A stretch of 64,000 nt of DNA from Vicinamibacterales bacterium (GTDB lineage: Bacteria; Acidobacteriota; Vicinamibacteria; Vicinamibacterales; SCN-69-37): contig JAURFE010000003.1 of assembly GCA_030827135.1 (NCBI GenBank), forward strand, positions 12,923 to 76,922, in the 5' to 3' direction. The translations under genes and the position numbers were made by a program. Below are positions 1-8,142 of the stretch, one piece after another. The notes under the pieces are model-generated. The model had not been told where the DNA came from, made no database searches, and worked only from the letters and a program-made list of their open reading frames with translations. Numbering within the stretch: the first letter of the stretch is position 1; every line of letters starts with the position of its first letter.

Positions 1-866
1 TGTTTGTTTCACTGCGTCCCGCGCAGTGGACCAAGAATTTCATCTTGTTCGCAGGCCTCATCTTCGGCGGCAAGTTGCTCGATCCGGCCTCGGTGCTCGT
101 AGCGGGCCTCGCTTTTGTGGTCTTCTGCGCGCTGTCGGGCGTCGTGTATCTGGTCAACGACGTTCACGACGCCGACGCCGATCGGCTCCACCCCAGCAAG
201 TCCCGCCGCCCCGTCGCCGCCGGCGACGTCTCACCGCGCACCGCCATTCTCACCGCCATCATCCTGACCGGGGTCGCTCTGGCAGTCGCCTTCTGGCTTG
301 ATCCCTTGTTCTTCGCCGTATCGTTCACGTACGTGGCGCTGCTGACGGGGTACTCCGTCTCGCTGAAACACCACGCCGTCATTGATGTGCTGACTATCGC
401 GGCGGGGTTTGTGTTGCGCGCGGTCGCCGGCGCAGTGGTGATTCATGTCGCGATCAGCCACTGGCTGCTGGTGCTGACACTGCTGGGTGCGCTGTTCCTG
501 GCGCTCAGCAAGCGCCGCGCCGAACTGGTGACCCTGGCCGACGGGGGTGCCGGCCATCGGCGCAGTCTCGCCGACTACAGCCCGCAGCTGCTCGATCAAT
601 TGATCAGCATCGTGGCCGCCTCCACGCTGCTGGCCTACGCCTTCTACACGATCAGTCCCGAAACGGTGGCCAAGTTCGGCACCGACCGACTGTTGTTCAC
701 GTTGCCGTTCCTGCTGTACGGCATCTTCCGGTATCTGTTTCTCATCCACCAGCGCGACGGCGGGGCGGACCCGTCCGAGACGCTGCTCCAGGATCGGCCG
801 ATTCTCGCGTGCGTCGCCCTGTGGGCGGTCGCGGTGGCCGTTCTGATTTACGGGCCGTGGCGTTGA
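1..866 (+). CDS. UbiA-family prenyltransferase, decaprenyl-phosphate phosphoribosyltransferase (DPPR synthase)-like; 5' end lies outside the window
   Basis: Frame 3 is open from nt 3 and reads FVSLRPAQWTKNFILFAGLIFGG, upstream of the listed ATG at 45. It carries the NDxxDxxxD motif (VNDVHDADADRLHP) and multiple TM helices, and stops at 864-866. Confidence 0.8.
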   Translation, partial: FVSLRPAQWTKNFILFAGLIFGGKLLDPASVLVAGLAFVVFCALSGVVYLVNDVHDADADRLHPSKSRRPVAAGDVSPRTAILTAIILTGVALAVAFWLDPLFFAVSFTYVALLTGYSVSLKHHAVIDVLTIAAGFVLRAVAGAVVIHVAISHWLLVLTLLGALFLALSKRRAELVTLADGGAGHRRSLADYSPQLLDQLISIVAASTLLAYAFYTISPETVAKFGTDRLLFTLPFLLYGIFRYLFLIHQRDGGADPSETLLQDRPILACVALWAVAVAVLIYGPWR

Positions 867-897
867 CGCGCGGCCAAGGATCCAAAGGTGTGCAGTT

Positions 898-1773
898 ATG
901 AGTGATTTCCAGGTCAAGGCCGACGCGGTTGACGTCGAGGCCATCATGCGTCAGATCCGGGCCCGTATCCGCGAGAAGCGCGGCGTGGACTACACCGAGG
1001 CGGAAGTGCAGGCCCTGGCCAGCGCCAAGCTCGAGCAGTTCCTCGATCCCAAGGGCGTGCGCTCCGATCTCGTCGACCAGTTCAAGCGCCGCCGAACAGT
1101 GAGCGCCGCGCCGCCCAATTATTCGTTCGAAGACAGCACCATCTACGACACGCACCGCGGGCTGCTGCGGACGATTCGCCGGTTGCTGAACCCGGTTCTG
1201 AAACTGTTCATGAACCCCCAGCCGATTGGCGAGGCGTTCCACATCCAGGCCAAGGTGAACGAGGAGTTCCACCGGCGCTTCCGCGTGCGCGAAGAGATGG
1301 ACCCGCTCTACTACGAACTCGTGCACAACCTGGCCCTTGAAGTCACGCGGCTCGGGATCGAAGTGCACAACCTCAAGATGCGCGCGGAATCGTTGTCGAG
1401 CCGGATGGACTTCGACGAACGACGCGGCCGCGCGCTCGAAAGCGTCGTCCAGTATCGTCCGCCCCAGCGGCAACAGCCGCCTTCCCCGCGTCCTCCACAG
1501 GTTGCGGCGGTGGCAGCGGCGCCCGCAGCGGTCGCGGGTACGGCGTCGGCTGCGGCGACGTCTGCCGGCGACGCGCCTGTGCCGTCGGCTGACGGCGCTG
1601 CAGCGGGTGATGCCGAACGCCGCCGGCGTCGGCGGCGGCGGCGGCGCCGTCCGGGACAGAACATGGCGGATCAGGGAGGCGTGCCGGCCGGCGGGCCCGC
1701 AGAGGCGGACACGTCGGAGTGGGTGGCCGAAGGCGGCGCGGATTCCGCAGACGCAGGACCTGACGAACAGTGA
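898..1773 (+). CDS. hypothetical coiled-coil protein with Ala/Pro-rich linker and poly-Arg (R11) C-terminal tail
   Basis: 291-aa ORF with an AAAGGTG SD-like sequence 7 nt upstream. The N-terminal 190 aa resemble the non-catalytic N-terminal coiled-coil region seen in polysaccharide-cluster methyltransferases (from memory; no MT domain here). Its stop overlaps the next start (GTGA). Confidence 0.6.
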   Translation: MSDFQVKADAVDVEAIMRQIRARIREKRGVDYTEAEVQALASAKLEQFLDPKGVRSDLVDQFKRRRTVSAAPPNYSFEDSTIYDTHRGLLRTIRRLLNPVLKLFMNPQPIGEAFHIQAKVNEEFHRRFRVREEMDPLYYELVHNLALEVTRLGIEVHNLKMRAESLSSRMDFDERRGRALESVVQYRPPQRQQPPSPRPPQVAAVAAAPAAVAGTASAAATSAGDAPVPSADGAAAGDAERRRRRRRRRRRPGQNMADQGGVPAGGPAEADTSEWVAEGGADSADAGPDEQ

Positions 1774-3053
1774 AGATTGCAGTCGTGGTCCAGCGGTACG
1801 GCGCCGATATCAACGGCGGTGCCGAACTGCACGCCCGGTACATTGCCGAGCGCCTGTCCAGACACGCCACGGTTGAGGTGTTGACCACCTGCGCCAAGGA
1901 CTACATCAGCTGGAAGAACGAGTGGCCGTCGGGCGACAGCACCATCAACGGCGTGACCGTGCGCCGATTCCCGGTGTCGCGGCCCCGCGACACGGAAGAT
2001 TTCGGCCGCCGCTCCGCACTGGTGTTCGAGCGCACGCACTCGCTCAATGATGAACTCGCGTGGCTCGACAGCGAAGGGCCGCGCAGTCCCGCACTGCTCG
2101 CTCATCTCCGCAAGGTCACCGGGGAGTTCGATTTCTTTCTGTTCTTCAGCGCGCGCTACTACCACGCGTGGCACGGGGCCCGCACGGTGCCGCAGAAGGC
2201 GATCCTCGTGCCGACGGCGGAGCGTGATCCGGCCGTGGGACTCTCGATCTTCGGTCCGCTGTTCCGCGGTGTTCGCGGGATCATGTACAACTCGCTCGAA
2301 GAGCGGGCGCTGATTCAGGGCGTGTCAGGCAATCACGCCGTGCCCGGTGTGGTGGTCGGCGTCGGATCGGACATTCCGGAACGCACGCAGCCATGGCGCG
2401 TGCGGAAGAAATTCAACCTCAAACGTCCGTTTGCGATTTATATCGGACGCATCGACGAGAACAAGGGATGCAAGACCCTGTTCGAACACTTCGACCGCTA
2501 CATGGTCGAGTTTCCGCGCGGGCTCGATCTCGTGCTCGTCGGGAATGCTGTGTTGCAGGTCCCGTCCCATCCACGGATCCGTCACCTCGGATTCCTGTCC
2601 GATGAAGACAAATTTGACGCTCTCGCGGCGGCCGACGTCCTGATTATGCCGTCGCCGTACGAAAGCCTGTCGATGGTCGCGCTGGAAGCGTGGGCCCTCG
2701 GCAAGCCCGTGCTGGCCAACGGCCGGTGCGATGTCCTGCGTGGTCAGGTGATTCGCAGCAACGGCGGCCTCTACTACGATTCCTACGAAGAATTTGCCGA
2801 ATCACTGTTTGCGCTCGAGGCCCAGGGACCGATCGGCGCGGTGCTCGGCCGGCAGGGCCGTGAATTCTTCCGCCGTCATTACACCTGGCCTGTCATTGAA
2901 CGGAAGTATCTGGACATGTTCGATCGACTGCGTCGGGATACGTCGATCCAGGCCGCCGAACCGTGGCCCGGCTGGTGGGCTCGCCGCCAGCGAAATCTGC
3001 CTCCCGCGCGCGAGGTCCTTGACGCAGTGCCGGCGGGGCCGGTGCTCCGGTAA
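1770..3053 (+). CDS. glycosyltransferase family 4 (GT-B, group 1), paralogue A
   Basis: 427 aa starting MKIAVVVQRYGADINGGAELH, with a C-terminal GT1 EX7E-type region (PSPYESLSMVALEAWALGKPVLAN). GTG start overlaps the upstream TGA. Confidence 0.85.
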   Translation: MKIAVVVQRYGADINGGAELHARYIAERLSRHATVEVLTTCAKDYISWKNEWPSGDSTINGVTVRRFPVSRPRDTEDFGRRSALVFERTHSLNDELAWLDSEGPRSPALLAHLRKVTGEFDFFLFFSARYYHAWHGARTVPQKAILVPTAERDPAVGLSIFGPLFRGVRGIMYNSLEERALIQGVSGNHAVPGVVVGVGSDIPERTQPWRVRKKFNLKRPFAIYIGRIDENKGCKTLFEHFDRYMVEFPRGLDLVLVGNAVLQVPSHPRIRHLGFLSDEDKFDALAAADVLIMPSPYESLSMVALEAWALGKPVLANGRCDVLRGQVIRSNGGLYYDSYEEFAESLFALEAQGPIGAVLGRQGREFFRRHYTWPVIERKYLDMFDRLRRDTSIQAAEPWPGWWARRQRNLPPAREVLDAVPAGPVLR

Positions 3054-3056
3054 GCC

Positions 3057-4286
3057 ATGGCCCCGCGCGTCCATCAGATCCTCGCGACCCTGGGCTACGG
3101 CGATGCCATCGGGAACGAAGTGCTCGGCATCCAGCGGGCGCTGCGTGGCGCCGGCTACGAATCCAGCATCATTGTCGAGACAGCCGACCCGCGCCTTGAG
3201 GACCTGACGGTCGACTATCGCGACATCGTCGATCGGGTCTCGTCTGACGACCTGCTCATTCACCACTTCTCGTTGGGCTCGCGCGCATCACGCACCGCGT
3301 TCGCCCTGCCCTGCCGGATGGCGCTGATCTATCACAACATCACGCCGCCTGAATATTTTCTGGGCGTCCATCCGCAACTCGTGCGGCAGTGTTATCACGG
3401 GCGTCGGGAACTGACGGCGTATCGGACACGGTGCGATCTGGCGCTTGGCGACTCGGAGTTCAACCGGCAGGAACTGGACGCCCTCGGCTTCTCTCCAACC
3501 GACGTCCTGCACGTGGTGCCCGACTTCTCGCACCTGGACGCAGTCCCCGACAGCCGCGTCCTCGACGCGTACGACGATGAGTGGACGAATATTCTCTTTG
3601 TGGGTCGGCTGGTGCCGAACAAGCGGCCGGATGACCTCATCCGGTTCTTCCACGCGTACAAAACCTGGTACAACCCGCGCGCGCGGTTGATTCTCGCTGG
3701 TGCGTACGGCGGATTCGAGCAGTACTACACGCAGCTGCAGACGCTCATTGCAACGCTGGGCACCAGGGATGTCCACATCCTCGGGCAGATTACCAACGAA
3801 GCGCTGACGGCGTTGTACGACGTGGCGGACCTGTTCCTCTGTGCCAGCGAACACGAGGGCTTCTGTGTGCCCCTGGTGGAGGCCTTCCACAAACGCGTGC
3901 CGGTCCTCGCCTACGCGTCGACGGCGATTCCGGCGACGATGGATGGCGGCGGTGTGCTGTTTCACGAGAAGGATCCGCGACGCGTGGCCGCCCTGATGCA
4001 CGGGCTGGTGGCGGATGCCACGCTTGCGGATCAGGTCCTGGTCGCACAGGACGCCGCGCTTGACCGACTGAAGGCGCGTGACTTCGACGGCACACTCCTG
4101 CGGTTTGTGCGACAGGTACTCGACAGCCCGGCACGTGAGCGACCGCCGGTGACGTTTGATTTCTGGCGTCAGTTTGCACTGGCCGAAGAGCTGGAGCAGC
4201 TGCGCGAGGTCCGTCCGGCGGCGTACCGCGCGCTGCCGCTGGAGGCAGACGCCGGTCCGGTGGCTGACTTGGGACACGGCCGGTGA
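3057..4286 (+). CDS. glycosyltransferase family 4 (group 1), paralogue B
   Basis: 409 aa with the GT1 core LFVGRLVPNKR...CASEHEGFCVPLVEAFHKRVPVLAY. Lies 3 nt after the upstream stop. Confidence 0.8.
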   Translation: MAPRVHQILATLGYGDAIGNEVLGIQRALRGAGYESSIIVETADPRLEDLTVDYRDIVDRVSSDDLLIHHFSLGSRASRTAFALPCRMALIYHNITPPEYFLGVHPQLVRQCYHGRRELTAYRTRCDLALGDSEFNRQELDALGFSPTDVLHVVPDFSHLDAVPDSRVLDAYDDEWTNILFVGRLVPNKRPDDLIRFFHAYKTWYNPRARLILAGAYGGFEQYYTQLQTLIATLGTRDVHILGQITNEALTALYDVADLFLCASEHEGFCVPLVEAFHKRVPVLAYASTAIPATMDGGGVLFHEKDPRRVAALMHGLVADATLADQVLVAQDAALDRLKARDFDGTLLRFVRQVLDSPARERPPVTFDFWRQFALAEELEQLREVRPAAYRALPLEADAGPVADLGHGR

Positions 4287-5347
4287 TCATCAACCAGTGG
4301 CTGGCGGCCGCGCATCGCCACGACGCGGTCGGTAACAACGCCCTCCTGATGCGCGAGATGTTCCGCGACTGGGGACACGACTCAGAGATCTTCGCCTTGA
4401 CAGTGGAGGACGCTCTGGTCGGCGACGTGTTGCCGTTCACGGACGCTGCGGCCCGTGATGGCGACGTGACCATCCTCCACTTCGCCGTGCCGTCGCCCAT
4501 GACACGGGCGTTCGCCACGTTGCCAGGCGCGCGCATCCTGCACTACCACAACGTGACGCCGGCGCATTTTTTTGCGCCGTACGATCCGGGTCTCTGTCAA
4601 TTCGTCTCCAAGGGCCGTCGGGAGCTGGCGTCGCTGGCCGCGCACACCGACCTCGCGCTCGGCGTCTCGGAGTACAACCGGACCGAGCTCGAGGCCATGC
4701 ACTTTCCGCGGACCGGTGTGCTGCCGATTGTCGTGGATGCCGATCGCCTGCGCTCCCAGCGCCCGGTGCCTGCGTTGGAAGCGATCCTTGGCGACGGGTT
4801 TGCGAACATTCTGTTTGTGGGCCGCATCGCGCCGAACAAGCGGATCGAAGACCATATCCGACTTGCCGAACATTACAAACGCTACATCGACCTGCGCTAT
4901 CGGTTCATCTTTGTCGGCAATGATCAGGCGGTTCCGCTGTACTCGGCGACCATCCGCGCTCTGATCGCTGAATACAAGATGTTGCCCGAACGCTTCTGGT
5001 TCACCGGGCCGGTGCCCGATGAGGAACTGGCGACGTACTACCGATACGCACACGCCTACGTCTCCCTCAGCGAACACGAGGGGTTCTGTGTTCCACTGGT
5101 GGAGGCGATGGCGATGGATGTGCCGGTGCTGGCGTACGGCGCCGCCGCGGTGCCCGACACCCTCGGAGGCGCGGGGGTCTGCTTTACGCCGAAAGACCTT
5201 GAGTGGGCGGCCGAGTGGCTCGGCGCCCTGGTATATGACGAGCCGCTGCGCGAGCAGATTCTTGCGGGACAGCGGCGACGGGTGGCGGACTTCGGGCGTG
5301 ATCGCTTCGAACCGCGCCTGCAATCCCTGTTGGCGGAGTTCACGTGA
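4283..5347 (+). CDS. glycosyltransferase family 4 (group 1), paralogue B'
   Basis: 354 aa, alignable along its length to the 3057..4286 product (LFVGRIAPNKR...SEHEGFCVPLVEAMAMDVPVLAY). GTGA start/stop overlap. Confidence 0.8.
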   Translation: MIINQWLAAAHRHDAVGNNALLMREMFRDWGHDSEIFALTVEDALVGDVLPFTDAAARDGDVTILHFAVPSPMTRAFATLPGARILHYHNVTPAHFFAPYDPGLCQFVSKGRRELASLAAHTDLALGVSEYNRTELEAMHFPRTGVLPIVVDADRLRSQRPVPALEAILGDGFANILFVGRIAPNKRIEDHIRLAEHYKRYIDLRYRFIFVGNDQAVPLYSATIRALIAEYKMLPERFWFTGPVPDEELATYYRYAHAYVSLSEHEGFCVPLVEAMAMDVPVLAYGAAAVPDTLGGAGVCFTPKDLEWAAEWLGALVYDEPLREQILAGQRRRVADFGRDRFEPRLQSLLAEFT

Positions 5348-6714
5348 AAATTGCGTTTGTCGTACAGCGTTACGGGACGGAGATCCTCGGCGGATCCGAA
5401 TACCACTGCCGTCTGGTCGCCGAGCGGCTGGCCGAACGGCACACGGTCGAAGTGCTTACCACCTGCGCCAAGGACTACATCACCTGGGAGAATGCCTACC
5501 CGGAAGGCACGGACCGGATCCGAGGCGTCACGGTTCGCCGGTTTGCAAACAGCCGCACGCGTGACCTGGCGTCCTTTAATGCCTACTCCGACTGGATCTT
5601 CCACAATACCCACACGCGTCAGGATGAGCTCGAGTGGCTGAAGCAGCAGGGGCCCTGGTCGCCGGCGCTGATCGAATACCTCGAACGACACCACCAGACG
5701 TACGACATCCTGATTTTTTTCACCTACTTGTACGCGCCGACCGTCATGGGCCTCAAGGTGGCCCCGTCGAAAAGTCTGCTGGTGCCTACCGCCCACGACG
5801 AAGCCGCCATCCGCCTGGGCATCTACGAAGACGTCTTTTCAAGCGCGGCCGGCATCGTCTGGAACACCGAGGCCGAGCGGCGCTTTGTGAGCGACCGGTT
5901 CCATCTGCGCGCTCTCGTCGAAGACGTGGTTGGGTGCGGGGTCGACGTGCCGGAATCCCGGTACTCCGGTGGCGATGACCTGCCGACACTCGCGCCGGTC
6001 CTGCCCACCGCGCAGGAACCTCTCCCGGCCCACCTTGACGGACCCGCAAATGCCTTTCGACGCCGACATCGCGTGCATGGCGCGTTCGCCTTGTACGGCG
6101 GCCGCATTGACCCCGGCAAGGGCTGCGAGGAACTCCTCGAGTATTTCCAGGCGTTTCTGCATGAGGGTGGTGATGCCTCACTCCTGCTGATGGGCGTCAA
6201 ACTCATGCCCCTGCCCGACGATGCCCACGTGCGGTTCGCGGGCATCCTGCCGGACGAAGAACGCCTGCACGCCCTCGAGGCCGCCACGGTTGTCGTGGTG
6301 CCGTCCCCCCACGAGAGCCTCTCGCTCCTCGCGTTGGAGGCGTTTGCCGTCGGCACGCCGGTGTTGGCGAACGGCCGCTCTGAAGTGCTGGTCGATCATT
6401 GCCGGCGCAGCAACGCCGGGCTGTATTACGAAGACCGCTGGGAATTCATCGAGGCGCTGAAGCTTCTGACGCGCGATGCCGGTCTGCGCGCCGCGATGGG
6501 CCGCAACGGTCAGGCCTACGTCAACGCGAACTACCGGTGGGACATCATCCTGTACAAGTACGAGCGGATGATGGCGCGACTGAAGGCGCCCACACCAGTG
6601 CGTGGTCCCGAACCTGAACGCGAGCGGGACCGCGACCGGCGGCCACAGCGCCCGGCCCAGCGTGACCGCCGGCCGCAGGGCGGCCAGAGCCGCGACCGGC
6701 GCCCCCGGCGCTGA
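5344..6714 (+). CDS. glycosyltransferase family 4 (group 1), paralogue A', with Arg/Asp-rich basic C-terminal tail
   Basis: 456 aa. The N-terminus MKIAFVVQRYGTEILGGSEYHCRLVAERLAERHTVEVLTTCAKDYITW closely parallels the 1770..3053 product. GTGA overlap. The tail reads PERERDRDRRPQRPAQRDRRPQGGQSRDRRPRR. Confidence 0.85.
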   Translation: MKIAFVVQRYGTEILGGSEYHCRLVAERLAERHTVEVLTTCAKDYITWENAYPEGTDRIRGVTVRRFANSRTRDLASFNAYSDWIFHNTHTRQDELEWLKQQGPWSPALIEYLERHHQTYDILIFFTYLYAPTVMGLKVAPSKSLLVPTAHDEAAIRLGIYEDVFSSAAGIVWNTEAERRFVSDRFHLRALVEDVVGCGVDVPESRYSGGDDLPTLAPVLPTAQEPLPAHLDGPANAFRRRHRVHGAFALYGGRIDPGKGCEELLEYFQAFLHEGGDASLLLMGVKLMPLPDDAHVRFAGILPDEERLHALEAATVVVVPSPHESLSLLALEAFAVGTPVLANGRSEVLVDHCRRSNAGLYYEDRWEFIEALKLLTRDAGLRAAMGRNGQAYVNANYRWDIILYKYERMMARLKAPTPVRGPEPERERDRDRRPQRPAQRDRRPQGGQSRDRRPRR

Positions 6715-6720
6715 CGGCGC

Positions 6721-8142
6721 CTACGCGCCGGACTCGTCGTCGGTCTCGCCCTTCTTGCGGCGAGGCCGGATGTCGTAGCGCTTGATCATCTCATTGAGCG
6801 TGGTCGGCTTGATGAACAGCAACTCGGCGGCTTTCTTCTGTACGCCGCCGGCCGCCTCAAGCGCCGACTCGATCCACCTGCGCTCCGCGTTCGAGAGCAC
6901 TTCCCGCAGCGGAATTCCCTCGGGAGGCACGACAAAGTCCGTCTCGTGGAACTCGCGGTTGAACCGAACCTGTTCGGGGATCAATTCCAGTCCTATCGCG
7001 CGGCTCGGCGCCAGCACCACGGCACGCTCGATCACATTCTCGAGCTCACGGACGTTGCCCGGCCAGTCGTACGCCATCAGCAGGTCCATCGCCTCGGGCG
7101 TGACAAACCAGCCGGACTTGCGACTTTCTTCGCCGTACTTCTCCAGGAAGTGCTGCACAAGGATCGGAATATCGTCTTTGCGATCGCGCAACGCCGGCAG
7201 CTGCACCGGAATCACGTTCAGTCGATAAAACAGGTCTTCGCGAAACTTGCCGTCCGCCACACTCTTTCGGAGGTCCACGTTGGTGGCCGCGATGATCCGC
7301 ACGTCCACCTTGATTGTCTCCACGCCGCCCAGGCGCATGAACTCGCGTTCCTGAATGACGCGCAGGAGCTTGGCCTGCGTCTCGAGGGGAACGTTGCCGA
7401 TTTCATCGAAGAAGATGGTGCCGCGATCCGCGACCTCGAAGAGCCCCTTCTTCATCGCCACGGCTCCCGTGAAAGCGCCCTTGACGTGGCCGAACAAGTT
7501 CGACTCGAGCAGGTCGGGCGGCAGGTTGCCGGAGTTTACGGTGACAAACGCCTTGTCAGCCCTGGCGGAACGGCGATGACAGGCCTGCGCCACCAGCTCC
7601 TTCCCGGTGCCGCTCTCCCCCTGGATCAGCACGGTTGTACGGCTCGGAGCCGCGCGCCCAATCAGGTCATACACCGCCCGCATGCGCGCGCTGCCCCCGA
7701 TAATCTGATCGAAGCGGTGACTGCCGGACTTCAGGCGGTTTCGCAGTTCGAGATTCTCGCGCTGCAGACGCCGGCGCTCGACGGCATTGCGGAGCACGAC
7801 CAGCACTTCGTCGTTCTTGAACGGCTTCGTGAAGTAGTGGAACGCCCCCTGCTTGGTGGCGCGCACGGCCGTGTCGATCGTGCCGAACGCGGTAATCATC
7901 ACGACCGGAAGATCGTCGTCGGTGCGGCGGATTTCCTCGAGAACGTCGAGACCGTTCCGGTCAGGCAACATCAAGTCGAGAAGGACCGTGTCGAAGTCCT
8001 CTTCGGCGAGCATCGCGAGGCCCTCGGTGCCGGTGGCGGCCGTCCTCACGACACAGCCGTCACGGGTCAGGAGGGCGTCGAGCGCCTCCCGAATGATTTC
8101 CTCGTCGTCGATGATCAGAATATGCGCGGGTGTTCCCGACAT
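6721..8142 (-). CDS. sigma-54-dependent two-component response regulator (NtrC family)
   Basis: Receiver domain (ILIIDDEE...DLMLPD), AAA+ domain with GESGTGKE Walker A and the GAFTGA sigma-54 contact motif, and a C-terminal Fis-type HTH. Its ATG shares a nucleotide with the TGA of the upstream kinase. Confidence 0.9.
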   Translation of the reverse strand: MSGTPAHILIIDDEEIIREALDALLTRDGCVVRTAATGTEGLAMLAEEDFDTVLLDLMLPDRNGLDVLEEIRRTDDDLPVVMITAFGTIDTAVRATKQGAFHYFTKPFKNDEVLVVLRNAVERRRLQRENLELRNRLKSGSHRFDQIIGGSARMRAVYDLIGRAAPSRTTVLIQGESGTGKELVAQACHRRSARADKAFVTVNSGNLPPDLLESNLFGHVKGAFTGAVAMKKGLFEVADRGTIFFDEIGNVPLETQAKLLRVIQEREFMRLGGVETIKVDVRIIAATNVDLRKSVADGKFREDLFYRLNVIPVQLPALRDRKDDIPILVQHFLEKYGEESRKSGWFVTPEAMDLLMAYDWPGNVRELENVIERAVVLAPSRAIGLELIPEQVRFNREFHETDFVVPPEGIPLREVLSNAERRWIESALEAAGGVQKKAAELLFIKPTTLNEMIKRYDIRPRRKKGETDDESGA

